Assembly: GCA_017938725.1 (NCBI GenBank) | Contig: JAGBAW010000010.1 | Location: forward strand, 1-63,140 | Source of the DNA: Bacilli bacterium | GTDB lineage: Bacteria; Bacillota_I; Bacilli_A; RF39; UBA660 | Length of the DNA stretch: 63,140 bases | Direction: 5' to 3' | Shown here: positions 50,124 to 58,664 of the stretch, piece by piece | Position numbering within the stretch: the stretch's first letter is position 1 | How the letters are laid out: every line of letters begins with the position of its first letter | Position numbers and translations under genes: made by a program | Notes under the pieces: model-generated | Told to the model about the DNA's origin: nothing | What the model saw: only the letters and a program-made list of their open reading frames with translations | The model's database searches: none

Positions 50124-51502
50124 TGGAAAAATTAACAATGGAAAAACTTACAAATGTATGTAAGCAATATGGTTTTATATATCAAGGAAGTGAAATATAT
50201 GGGGGACTTGCAAATACTTGGGATTATGGTCCAATAGGTGTTGAACTTAAAAATAATATAAAAAAAGCTTGGTGGAAAAGATTTATAGAAGAAAGTGAAA
50301 ATAGTTATGGTCTTGATGCTGCAATACTTATGAATCCAGAGGTATGGGTTGCATCAGGACACGTATCATCATTTTCAGATCCATTAATAGATTGTAAAAA
50401 GTGTAAGAGTAGACATAGGGCAGATAAACTTATCGAAGAATTTACAAATGGAAAAGAAACTGGTGATGGTTGGGAAAACGATAAATTAGAGGAATTTATT
50501 AAAGAAAACAAAATTAAATGTCCTAAGTGTGGAGAAAATGATTTTACTAGTATTAGACAATTTAATCTTTTATTTGAAACTTCAATGGGTGTTACAGAAG
50601 ATACCAAAAATAAAGTATATTTAAGAGGAGAGACCGCACAGGGAATATTTGTAAACTTTTTAAATGTACAAAGAACAATGAGAGCAAAAATACCATTCGG
50701 AATAGGGCAAATAGGTAAAGCTTTTAGAAATGAAATAACCCCAGGTAATTTTACATTTAGAACTAGAGAATTTGAACAAATGGAATATGAATTTTTCTGT
50801 AAACCTGGTGATGATATAAAATGGTTTGAGTATTATCAGAATTATGCAATGAATTTTTTAAAGGACCTTGGATTAAAAGAAGAAAATCTAAGACTTAGAA
50901 AGCATAAAGAAGAAGAATTAGTATTCTATAGTAAGGGCACAACAGATATAGAATATAATTATCCTCATGGATGGGGTGAACTTTGGGGAATAGCAGATAG
51001 AACAGATTATGATTTAACAGTTCATTCAAAACATTCAGGTGTAGACTTAGTTTATCTAGATCCAGAAACAAATGAAAAATATACTCCATATGTAATAGAA
51101 CCATCAGTTGGATGTGATAGACTAGCGCTTGCAGTTTTAGCGGATGCATATGATGAAGAAATATTAGAAGATGGAAGTGTAAGAGAAGTAATGAGGTTTA
51201 ATCCAGCAATTGCGCCATATAAAGTGGCAGTACTTCCTCTTGTTAAAAAATTTCATAAAGAAAAATCAGAAGAAATCTACAGAATGCTAAGTAAACATTT
51301 TATGTGTGCTTATGATGAAACAGGAAACATAGGTAAAAGATATAGAAGAGAAGATGTAATAGGAACTCCATATTGTATTACTATTGATGATGAAACTATA
51401 AATAATAATACTGTAACTATAAGAGATAGAGATACCATGAAACAAATAACCTTAAATGTAGATGAAATAGTTGATTATATAAATGAGAAAGTTAAATTCT
51501 AA
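50123..51502 (+). CDS. glyQS: glycine--tRNA ligase (alpha2 dimeric type)
   Basis: About 460 aa class II synthetase with YGGLANTWDYGP, RGETAQGIF and FRNEITP motifs. Confidence 0.9.
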   Translation: MEKLTMEKLTNVCKQYGFIYQGSEIYGGLANTWDYGPIGVELKNNIKKAWWKRFIEESENSYGLDAAILMNPEVWVASGHVSSFSDPLIDCKKCKSRHRADKLIEEFTNGKETGDGWENDKLEEFIKENKIKCPKCGENDFTSIRQFNLLFETSMGVTEDTKNKVYLRGETAQGIFVNFLNVQRTMRAKIPFGIGQIGKAFRNEITPGNFTFRTREFEQMEYEFFCKPGDDIKWFEYYQNYAMNFLKDLGLKEENLRLRKHKEEELVFYSKGTTDIEYNYPHGWGELWGIADRTDYDLTVHSKHSGVDLVYLDPETNEKYTPYVIEPSVGCDRLALAVLADAYDEEILEDGSVREVMRFNPAIAPYKVAVLPLVKKFHKEKSEEIYRMLSKHFMCAYDETGNIGKRYRREDVIGTPYCITIDDETINNNTVTIRDRDTMKQITLNVDEIVDYINEKVKF

Positions 51503-51612
51503 ATAACTTTCTTTTTAATTACTATATAAAATTAAAAACTCTAAATTATTTGACTTTTTTTAAATAATGGTATATATTAATTTTCGCGAATTACCAAAAG
51601 GGGTGATTATAA

Positions 51613-51864
51613 GTGAATAAAAAAGTTGATCAATATCATAAAATAATAGATTTTTGTGAAAATATAAAAAATGCCATAGAAGATAACGATAATTACGATA
51701 TAAATATTGTATATATTATATCTTTCTTACCAAATGAATTATTAAAAAATTTTGATTATGATTTTAATAGAACATATACTACAATTGGATCCTTAAAACC
51801 TAGTAGTATAGATGAGTTATGTGATTCAATAAATAATAATACCAAAAGATACACGAATAAATAA
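51613..51864 (+). CDS. hypothetical protein
   Basis: 83 aa with a GTG start after AAAGGGGTGA. Confidence 0.4.
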   Translation: MNKKVDQYHKIIDFCENIKNAIEDNDNYDINIVYIISFLPNELLKNFDYDFNRTYTTIGSLKPSSIDELCDSINNNTKRYTNK

Positions 51865-51883
51865 TTCCAAAAAATATTTATAA

Positions 51884-51916
51884 AAAATAGGAACTAAAGT
51901 AAAGCCTATTTTTTAT
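51884..51916 (+). terminator. intrinsic terminator
   Basis: AAAATAGG...CCTATTTT stem followed by a T-run. Confidence 0.5.
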
Positions 51917-52288
51917 TGTTTATATAATACTTTTTTTAAATATATTACATTTTCTTGAAATTCATATTCGAGTGGATTATTAATTATGTACATTTCTTCA
52001 AATAATGGTGGATTTTATTTATAATTATCATTTTGAATTAATGCAAATGAAGAATATATATTAGATAACATATTTATAATGTTATTAGGATTACCATTAT
52101 TAAATCATATGACTATCTAGATAATAAATGTATAACCTTATTCATTAATATAAGTATTTTTCATTCATCAATAAAATTTTTTTTTGATTAGTTACGATTT
52201 TATAACAAATTTAAAAAAAATATTTCATTTTCTATTATTTTGTGTTAAAATTAATTATAGTTATAAAATAGTAATGGAGGAATAAAAT

Positions 52289-52690
52289 ATGGGAATGTTT
52301 GATAAAATATTTGGCAAGGATATTGTTGGTGGAGAAATTTCAGAAGATGAATATTACTCACTTGGAATAGATGAAGCATATAAGGATTCAAATAGCGAAG
52401 GAAATAAAATGATTCTTCTAGAGCCAAGAGCATACTCTGAAAGTCAACAAATTGCGGATCATTTAAAGAAAAGAAATACAGTTGTTGTTAATTTAAAGAG
52501 GGTAACAAATGAACAGGCTAAAAGAATAGTAGATTTTTTAAGTGGAACTCTATATGCGATTGGTGGAGATTTACAAAAACTTGGACCTGGAATATTTTTA
52601 TGTACACCGAAAAATATTAATGTACAAGGTAAAATAACTGAGGAAGAAGAAAAGTTAAGGAAGACTAGAAACGATAATATAGAATTTTAA
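52289..52690 (+). CDS. sepF: cell division protein SepF
   Basis: [30 protein letters not shown]...[21 protein letters not shown]. Confidence 0.85.
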   Translation: MGMFDKIFGKDIVGGEISEDEYYSLGIDEAYKDSNSEGNKMILLEPRAYSESQQIADHLKKRNTVVVNLKRVTNEQAKRIVDFLSGTLYAIGGDLQKLGPGIFLCTPKNINVQGKITEEEEKLRKTRNDNIEF

Positions 52691-52754
52691 TTATAGTATG
52701 GACAAATAAATTATAAAGTGTTATCATATAACACATAGCTAAAGAGGTGATTTA

Positions 52755-53228
52755 ATGCAAAAGTTTAGTAGAACACTTCATGGCTATAATCCAGATGAGG
52801 TTAATAATTTTTTAGACGAAGTTATTTCAAAAGTTGAAAAGATGATTGAATCTAATAGACAAAAAAATGAGGAGATATTACTTTTGAAAAATGAACTTGC
52901 TAAAAGGAAAGATAATAAAGAACTAGAAGATAAAGCAAGAAAGTTTGATGAATTAGAAACTACATTAAATAAGGCTATTGTTATGGCGGAAGATACTGGT
53001 GAACATATTAGGAGAGTTGCCAAACAAGAACGTGATTTAATATTGGAAGAAGCTAGAAAAAATGCAAGTATAATTATTAATGATGCTCTTGTAAGATCTG
53101 AAAAGATAGAATATGAAGCATCTCTACTAAGAAAAAATATAATTATGTTTAAAAGAAAACTAAAGAATAACTTAGAAGAACAACTTAAGATGATAGATGA
53201 TATAGAAGTTATTGAAGAATTAGAATAG
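52755..53228 (+). CDS. DivIVA-domain protein
   Basis: F.RTLHGYNPDEVNNFLDEV N-terminal DivIVA motif followed by a coiled coil. Confidence 0.75.
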   Translation: MQKFSRTLHGYNPDEVNNFLDEVISKVEKMIESNRQKNEEILLLKNELAKRKDNKELEDKARKFDELETTLNKAIVMAEDTGEHIRRVAKQERDLILEEARKNASIIINDALVRSEKIEYEASLLRKNIIMFKRKLKNNLEEQLKMIDDIEVIEELE

Positions 53229-53230
53229 AT

Positions 53231-53455
53231 GATAGAGACGAATATTTAAATTAATATTTACAGAGAAAATGTTAATAGCTGAGAAACATTAATATTATTA
53301 AATATTAGATCACTCTTGATATTTTTAACTGAATAATTAGGTTAAAACGTATGATATGCGTTAAATATTTAAAGAGCATAGAAATATCTATGAAGTAAGG
53401 TGGTACCGCTCCAATTTAAAGGAGTCCTTACATTATAGATATTTTTTTATTTTGA
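53231..53455 (+). promoter_or_regulatory. T-box leader, Ile specifier (AUC)
   Basis: Stem I base AGAG../..CTCT with specifier loop AG-ATC-A (ATC at 53309-53311). AGAGA and TGAGA distal motifs. Stem III CATAG/CTATG. T-box GTAAGG-TGGTACC-GCTCC..GGAGT-CCTTAC, whose TGGT bulge fits an ACCA end. Confidence 0.7.
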
Positions 53456-53468
53456 AAGGGTGTATAAC

Positions 53469-54428
53469 ATGGTAGTTAGTATAGTATTATTAATAGTAGG
53501 ATTTATTTTACTAATAAAAGGAGCAGATATGTTTGTAGATGGTGCATCAAATACTGCTCAAAATTTAAAAATTCCAAAAATGGTAATAGGGCTTACTATA
53601 GTGGCATTTGGAACAAGCGCCCCTGAACTTGCTGTATCAATAAAGGCAGTGCTATCAGGTAGTTCTGATATAGTACTAGGTAACGTAGTAGGTAGTAATA
53701 TTCTAAATATATTATTGATACTTGGAATATCTAGTTTATTTTCTAAAATGGGAGTAAAAGATAATACAGTAAAAAAAGAAATACCACTTACAATATTATT
53801 CTCATGCTTACTTACAGTTTTATCATTTGATAATATGTTTGATAAAGATATAACAAATGTAGTATCAAGAACTGATGGGATTGTAATATTACTTTTCTTT
53901 ATAATATTTATATATTATTTATTTACAATTATGAAAAGTGGAAAAAAGGATGATAATAATATTCCTAAGTATGGAATAGTAAAATCAATAATATTTATTA
54001 TAATAGGTTTAATTGGGGTAGTTATAGGTAGTAATTTAGTAGTTGATAATGCGACTTTAATAGCAAAAGCGTTAAATGTATCAGAAAAGATGATAGCCCT
54101 TACTATAGTAGCATTTGGAACATCACTTCCAGAACTTGTAACAAGTATTCAGGCAGCTAGAAAAGGTGAGAATGATATTGCAATTGGTAATATTATTGGA
54201 AGTAATATATTTAATATTGGAGTAGTTATAGGTATCCCAGCATTATTTATTAATAACATAAACGTTGGAACATTTAACTATATAGATATGCTTACTATGA
54301 TTTTTTCAGCAATACTTCTATTTGTTTTAACACTTAAAAAGAAAAAAATAGATAGACATGAGGGAATAATAATGCTTATTATATTTATAACATATTATAC
54401 CTATGTAATTTTAGGAGGGATTAACTAA
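53469..54428 (+). CDS. Ca2+/Na+ antiporter (CaCA family, YrbG-like)
   Basis: Two alpha-repeats, GNVVGSNILN and GNIIGSNIFN. ATG 53469 follows AAAGGGTG. Confidence 0.8.
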   Translation: MVVSIVLLIVGFILLIKGADMFVDGASNTAQNLKIPKMVIGLTIVAFGTSAPELAVSIKAVLSGSSDIVLGNVVGSNILNILLILGISSLFSKMGVKDNTVKKEIPLTILFSCLLTVLSFDNMFDKDITNVVSRTDGIVILLFFIIFIYYLFTIMKSGKKDDNNIPKYGIVKSIIFIIIGLIGVVIGSNLVVDNATLIAKALNVSEKMIALTIVAFGTSLPELVTSIQAARKGENDIAIGNIIGSNIFNIGVVIGIPALFINNINVGTFNYIDMLTMIFSAILLFVLTLKKKKIDRHEGIIMLIIFITYYTYVILGGIN

Positions 54429-57400
54429 TGAAAATATTTGAAAATTTGAAAAAAGAAGAAAATTGTGAATTAGAAAAGAGAACATTAAAAAAATGGGAAG
54501 ATGAAAATATCTTAGATAAAACAATAGATAATAGAAATAATAACAAAAATTTTGTATTTTATGATGGACCTGCAACCGCAAATGGTATGCCAGGTGTACA
54601 CCATATGTTAGCGAAAATAGTGAAAGATTCGTTTTGTAAATATAGGACAATGAAGGGTAATAAAGTTCTTAGAAAAGTTGGCTGGGATACACATGGACTT
54701 CCAGTAGAATTACAGGTAGAAAAGCAACTTGGATTTACAGGTAAAGGTGATATTGAAAAATATGGAATAAAAGAATTTAATGAAAAATGTAGAGAGAGTG
54801 TATGGGCGAATGAAACAGCATTTAAAGATTTTACACATAAGATGGGTCAATTCATTGATCTTAAAAATCCATATATAACTTATGATAATAATTATATAGA
54901 AACAGAGTGGTGGATATTAAAAAAATATTTTGATGAAGGTTTAATTTATGATGGACTTAAGATACTTCCATATTGTCCAAGATGTGGGACAGGACTTGCT
55001 AGTCATGAAGTGGCACAAGGATATAAAGAAATAACTGTTAATACTGTAACGGTACCTTTTAAATTAAAAGATGAGGATGCATATTTACTTGTCTGGACAA
55101 CAACGCCATGGACATTAATTTCAAATGTTGCCGCTTGTGTTAATCCAAATGTTGAATATGTAAAATGTGAGTCAAAAGGATATAAATTTATAGTTGCAAA
55201 GGCATTGGCTAATAAAGTATTAGGTGACGATTATGAAGTGATTGAAACATATTTAGGTAAAGATTTAGAATATAAAGAATATGAACAATTTATGCCTTTC
55301 TTAAATGTCAATAAAAAAGGTTTTTATATAACATGTGCTGATTATGTTACTATAGAAGATGGTACAGGTATTGTACATATAGCACCAGCTTTTGGAGCAG
55401 ATGATTATGAAGTAGGTCTTAAATACAATTTACCAGTGCTAAATCCAGTAGATGAATCAGGATGTTACACAGAAGGCCCTTGGAAGGGTAGATTAGTAGT
55501 AGATCCAGAACTTGAAATAGAAATAATTAAGTATTTAGCGAGTGAGGATAAATTATTTAAAAAGCAAAAGATGGAACACAATTATCCACATTGTTGGAGA
55601 TGCAAAACACCACTTGTTTACTATTCAAAGTCAAGCCTTTATATAAAAACAACAGCATATAAAGATAAAATAATTGAAGCAAATAAGAAAGTTAATTGGT
55701 ATCCTAGTTATGTTGGTACGAAAAGGTTTGAAAATTGGCTAGAAAATATGGTAGATTGGGCAATATCTCGTAATAGATATTGGGGATGCCCAATACCACT
55801 TTGGAGATGCGAATGTGGGCATGATATAATGGTTGGTTCTAGAAAGGAACTAGTGGAACTTGCTATTGAAGATATAGATGAAAATATAGAGTTACATAGA
55901 CCATATGTTGATAATATTCATATTAAATGTCCAAAATGTTCTAAAGTAATGAATAGGGTAAGTGATGTAATGGATTGTTGGTTTGATTCTGGTTCAATGC
56001 CATTTGCTCAATATCATTATCCGTTTGAAAACAAAGAATTATTTGAAAGTCAATTCCCTGCTGATTTTATCGCAGAGGGGATAGATCAGACAAGAGGATG
56101 GTTTTATACGTTACTAGCTATATCAACATTTGTAATGGGATGTAGTCCATATAAAAATGTAGTTGTAAATGATTTAGTGCTTGATAAATATGGACAAAAA
56201 ATGCATAAATCAAGAGGAAATGCTATCGCACCAATGCCAATATTAGAAAAGTATGGCGCAGATGCAGTTAGATTCTATATGCTTAATGCATCCCCGGTAT
56301 GGACTCCACTTAGATTTGATGAAGAAGGGGTAAAAGAGATTAATTCTAAAATATTAAGTACTCTTAAAAATACATATACATTCTTTGAAATGTATGCTAA
56401 TACAGATAATATAGATCCAAGAAATTTTGATGTATCGTATAATTCATTAGAGGAAATAGATAAATGGCTTTTATCTAAATATAATAAGTTAATAAAAAAT
56501 GTAACAAATGCATTTGAAGAATATGATTTAAATAAAGTTACAAAATATTTCTTTACATTTCTAAATGATGATTTATCTAACTGGTATATAAGAAGAAATA
56601 GAAGAAGATTCTGGTCTTCTAAACTTGATAATAGTAAAAAAGCAGTATACAAGACAACATATGATATTTTAGTTGGGTTATGTAAATTACTTGCGCCTAT
56701 CACTCCATTTATTACTGAGGAATTATTTACTAAACTAACTTTAAAAGACTCAGTTCATTTAGAGGATTATCCAGTATGCGATGATAAAATGATTAATGAA
56801 GAAATAGAAGAAAGAATGGATTTAGTACGTGATTTAATATCACTTGGTAGAAATGCAAGAGAAGATGCTAAGATAAAGGTTCGTCAACCAATAAATGAAG
56901 TAATACTTGATGGTAAAAATGAAAAAATAATAGGTGATTTAACTGAATTAATTAAAGAAGAATTAAATGTAAAAAATGTTACATTCGAAAATGATTTAGC
57001 TAAATATATGAACTTTTCTATAAAACCTAACTTTAAAATATGTGGTCCTATGTTTGGTAAAGATATAAAAGAACTATCAAATGAACTATTAAAACTATCA
57101 AATGAAGAAATTAATTTAATTGAAAAAGGAAATACAATAGAGCTTACAATAAATGATAGAGACTATGGTATAAATAAAGATATGATAGAAATTAGGATTA
57201 AATCTAAAGATGGATTTGATTCCGTTATGGAAAATAATAACTTCGTAATACTAAATACTACATTAACAGAGGATTTACTAAATGAAGGTATTGCAAGAGA
57301 ACTTGTCTCTAAGGTTCAAAATTTAAGAAAAGAAAAAGATTTTGATATAGCAGATAGAATTAAATTGTATTATAATGGCGATATTAAAGAAGTAATTGAT

Positions 57401-57523
57401 AATTTCAAAGATTATATTATGAAAGAAACACTATCTGAAGAAATAATTAAAAAAGATGATTTAACTATGGAATATGACTTAAATGGTAATATAGTTAAAT
57501 TAGATGTAGAAAAAGTTGCTTAG
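54428..57523 (+). CDS. ileS: isoleucine--tRNA ligase (long, type 2 form)
   Basis: PGVHHMLAK (HIGH), KMHKS (KMSKS) and the CP1 editing domain. 1031 aa with a C-terminal extension and no terminal Zn-finger motif typical of type 1. Confidence 0.9.
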   Translation: MKIFENLKKEENCELEKRTLKKWEDENILDKTIDNRNNNKNFVFYDGPATANGMPGVHHMLAKIVKDSFCKYRTMKGNKVLRKVGWDTHGLPVELQVEKQLGFTGKGDIEKYGIKEFNEKCRESVWANETAFKDFTHKMGQFIDLKNPYITYDNNYIETEWWILKKYFDEGLIYDGLKILPYCPRCGTGLASHEVAQGYKEITVNTVTVPFKLKDEDAYLLVWTTTPWTLISNVAACVNPNVEYVKCESKGYKFIVAKALANKVLGDDYEVIETYLGKDLEYKEYEQFMPFLNVNKKGFYITCADYVTIEDGTGIVHIAPAFGADDYEVGLKYNLPVLNPVDESGCYTEGPWKGRLVVDPELEIEIIKYLASEDKLFKKQKMEHNYPHCWRCKTPLVYYSKSSLYIKTTAYKDKIIEANKKVNWYPSYVGTKRFENWLENMVDWAISRNRYWGCPIPLWRCECGHDIMVGSRKELVELAIEDIDENIELHRPYVDNIHIKCPKCSKVMNRVSDVMDCWFDSGSMPFAQYHYPFENKELFESQFPADFIAEGIDQTRGWFYTLLAISTFVMGCSPYKNVVVNDLVLDKYGQKMHKSRGNAIAPMPILEKYGADAVRFYMLNASPVWTPLRFDEEGVKEINSKILSTLKNTYTFFEMYANTDNIDPRNFDVSYNSLEEIDKWLLSKYNKLIKNVTNAFEEYDLNKVTKYFFTFLNDDLSNWYIRRNRRRFWSSKLDNSKKAVYKTTYDILVGLCKLLAPITPFITEELFTKLTLKDSVHLEDYPVCDDKMINEEIEERMDLVRDLISLGRNAREDAKIKVRQPINEVILDGKNEKIIGDLTELIKEELNVKNVTFENDLAKYMNFSIKPNFKICGPMFGKDIKELSNELLKLSNEEINLIEKGNTIELTINDRDYGINKDMIEIRIKSKDGFDSVMENNNFVILNTTLTEDLLNEGIARELVSKVQNLRKEKDFDIADRIKLYYNGDIKEVIDNFKDYIMKETLSEEIIKKDDLTMEYDLNGNIVKLDVEKVA

Positions 57524-57620
57524 AAAAGTAACTTTTTTTGTCGAATTATGAAATATTAATTGACAAGTGAAATATAATATGTTAGTATTAATCACGTTGC
57601 TCGAAAAAGGAGATGAAAAA

Positions 57621-57818
57621 GTGATTAGATTAATAAGTGAAATAAAAAGATTGTCCGATATTGTTAATACGTTTGAACAAATGGATAAATCTAGTGGATT
57701 GAAACCTCATGATTATAAGATATATAAAAAATATTTAATTGAGTTACAGAAAAAACAAAGAGAGTTAAATATTATATTACAAAAGGAAAAAGTTCCTTGT
57801 TTGACCCCAAACATGTAA
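57621..57818 (+). CDS. hypothetical small protein
   Basis: GTG start after AAGGAG, 65 aa. The track start at 57567 lies upstream of the RBS. Confidence 0.4.
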   Translation: MIRLISEIKRLSDIVNTFEQMDKSSGLKPHDYKIYKKYLIELQKKQRELNIILQKEKVPCLTPNM

Positions 57819-57820
57819 AA

Positions 57821-57850
57821 AAATATCACTTCAAAATGTGATATTTTTAT
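57821..57850. terminator. bidirectional terminator
   Basis: AAATATCAC-ttcaaaat-GTGATATTT flanked by an A-run and a T-run, between convergent genes. Confidence 0.65.
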
Positions 57851-58560
57851 TTTGTATATTGATTATTTCTAATAAATTCTCTTAAGAGCTTAGTTAAGGC
57901 TCTTTTTTCTATTCTAGATACATAACTTCTTGATATATTTAATTCTTTAGCAATTTCTTTTTGTGTAAGTTCATCATTATTATTTAGACCATATCTTTTA
58001 TTTATTATAGTTTTTTCTCTATCTGATAATACACTCATATATTTACTTAAAAGTTCAATATTATTTTGAATATGAATATCTTCTGCAAAATCAGGCTTAG
58101 GCGTTTTAAGTATTTCCATAAATGTAATTTCATTTCCATCTTTATCAAATCCAATAGATTCTTCAATACTTATATTTTTATTATTTTTTTTATCACTTCT
58201 AAAATACATAAGAATTTCATTATCTATACATCTTGCACAGTAAGTAGCAAGCTTAGTGCCATGTTTATATGAATATGTATCTATTCCTTTTATTAAACCA
58301 ATTATACCAATACTAATTAAATCATCAGTATCATTTCTTGAAGTTTCATATTTTTTTACAACATGCGCAACTAATCTTAAATTATGTTCTATTAATTTAT
58401 TTCTTGCTTCTTTATCATTTTTATTTAAGAATAAATCTAGATATTTTTCTTCTTCTTCATTTGATAATGGATCCGGGAAAATATTATTTGAATAACTACC
58501 AGTAAAAGCAAACATCCCCTTTATAACTGTAGTAAGTAAGGTTAAAATCAAAAAAATCAC
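57847..58560 (-). CDS. sigK: RNA polymerase sporulation sigma factor SigK (uninterrupted, with pro-sequence)
   Basis: GSYSNNIFPDPLS, LIEHNLRLVAHVVKKY, GTKLATYCARCIDNEILM and ISRSYVSRIEKRAL are colinear with B. subtilis pro-SigK. Confidence 0.8.
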   Translation of the reverse strand: MIFLILTLLTTVIKGMFAFTGSYSNNIFPDPLSNEEEEKYLDLFLNKNDKEARNKLIEHNLRLVAHVVKKYETSRNDTDDLISIGIIGLIKGIDTYSYKHGTKLATYCARCIDNEILMYFRSDKKNNKNISIEESIGFDKDGNEITFMEILKTPKPDFAEDIHIQNNIELLSKYMSVLSDREKTIINKRYGLNNNDELTQKEIAKELNISRSYVSRIEKRALTKLLREFIRNNQYTK

Positions 58561-58664
58561 TCCTTAATTAATTATATGAAAAAGGTAAAAAAACATATCT
58601 TATTGCCTTATTTTTTCGTTTATTGTATAATATAAGGGTACAAAATAGGTAGGAAGTTGATAGT

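Noticed and set aside
57847-58560. Possible skin-like intervening element in sigK.
   Set aside because: The ORF is continuous from the pro-sequence to region 4.2 and colinear with mature B. subtilis SigK. No recombinase gene is adjacent.
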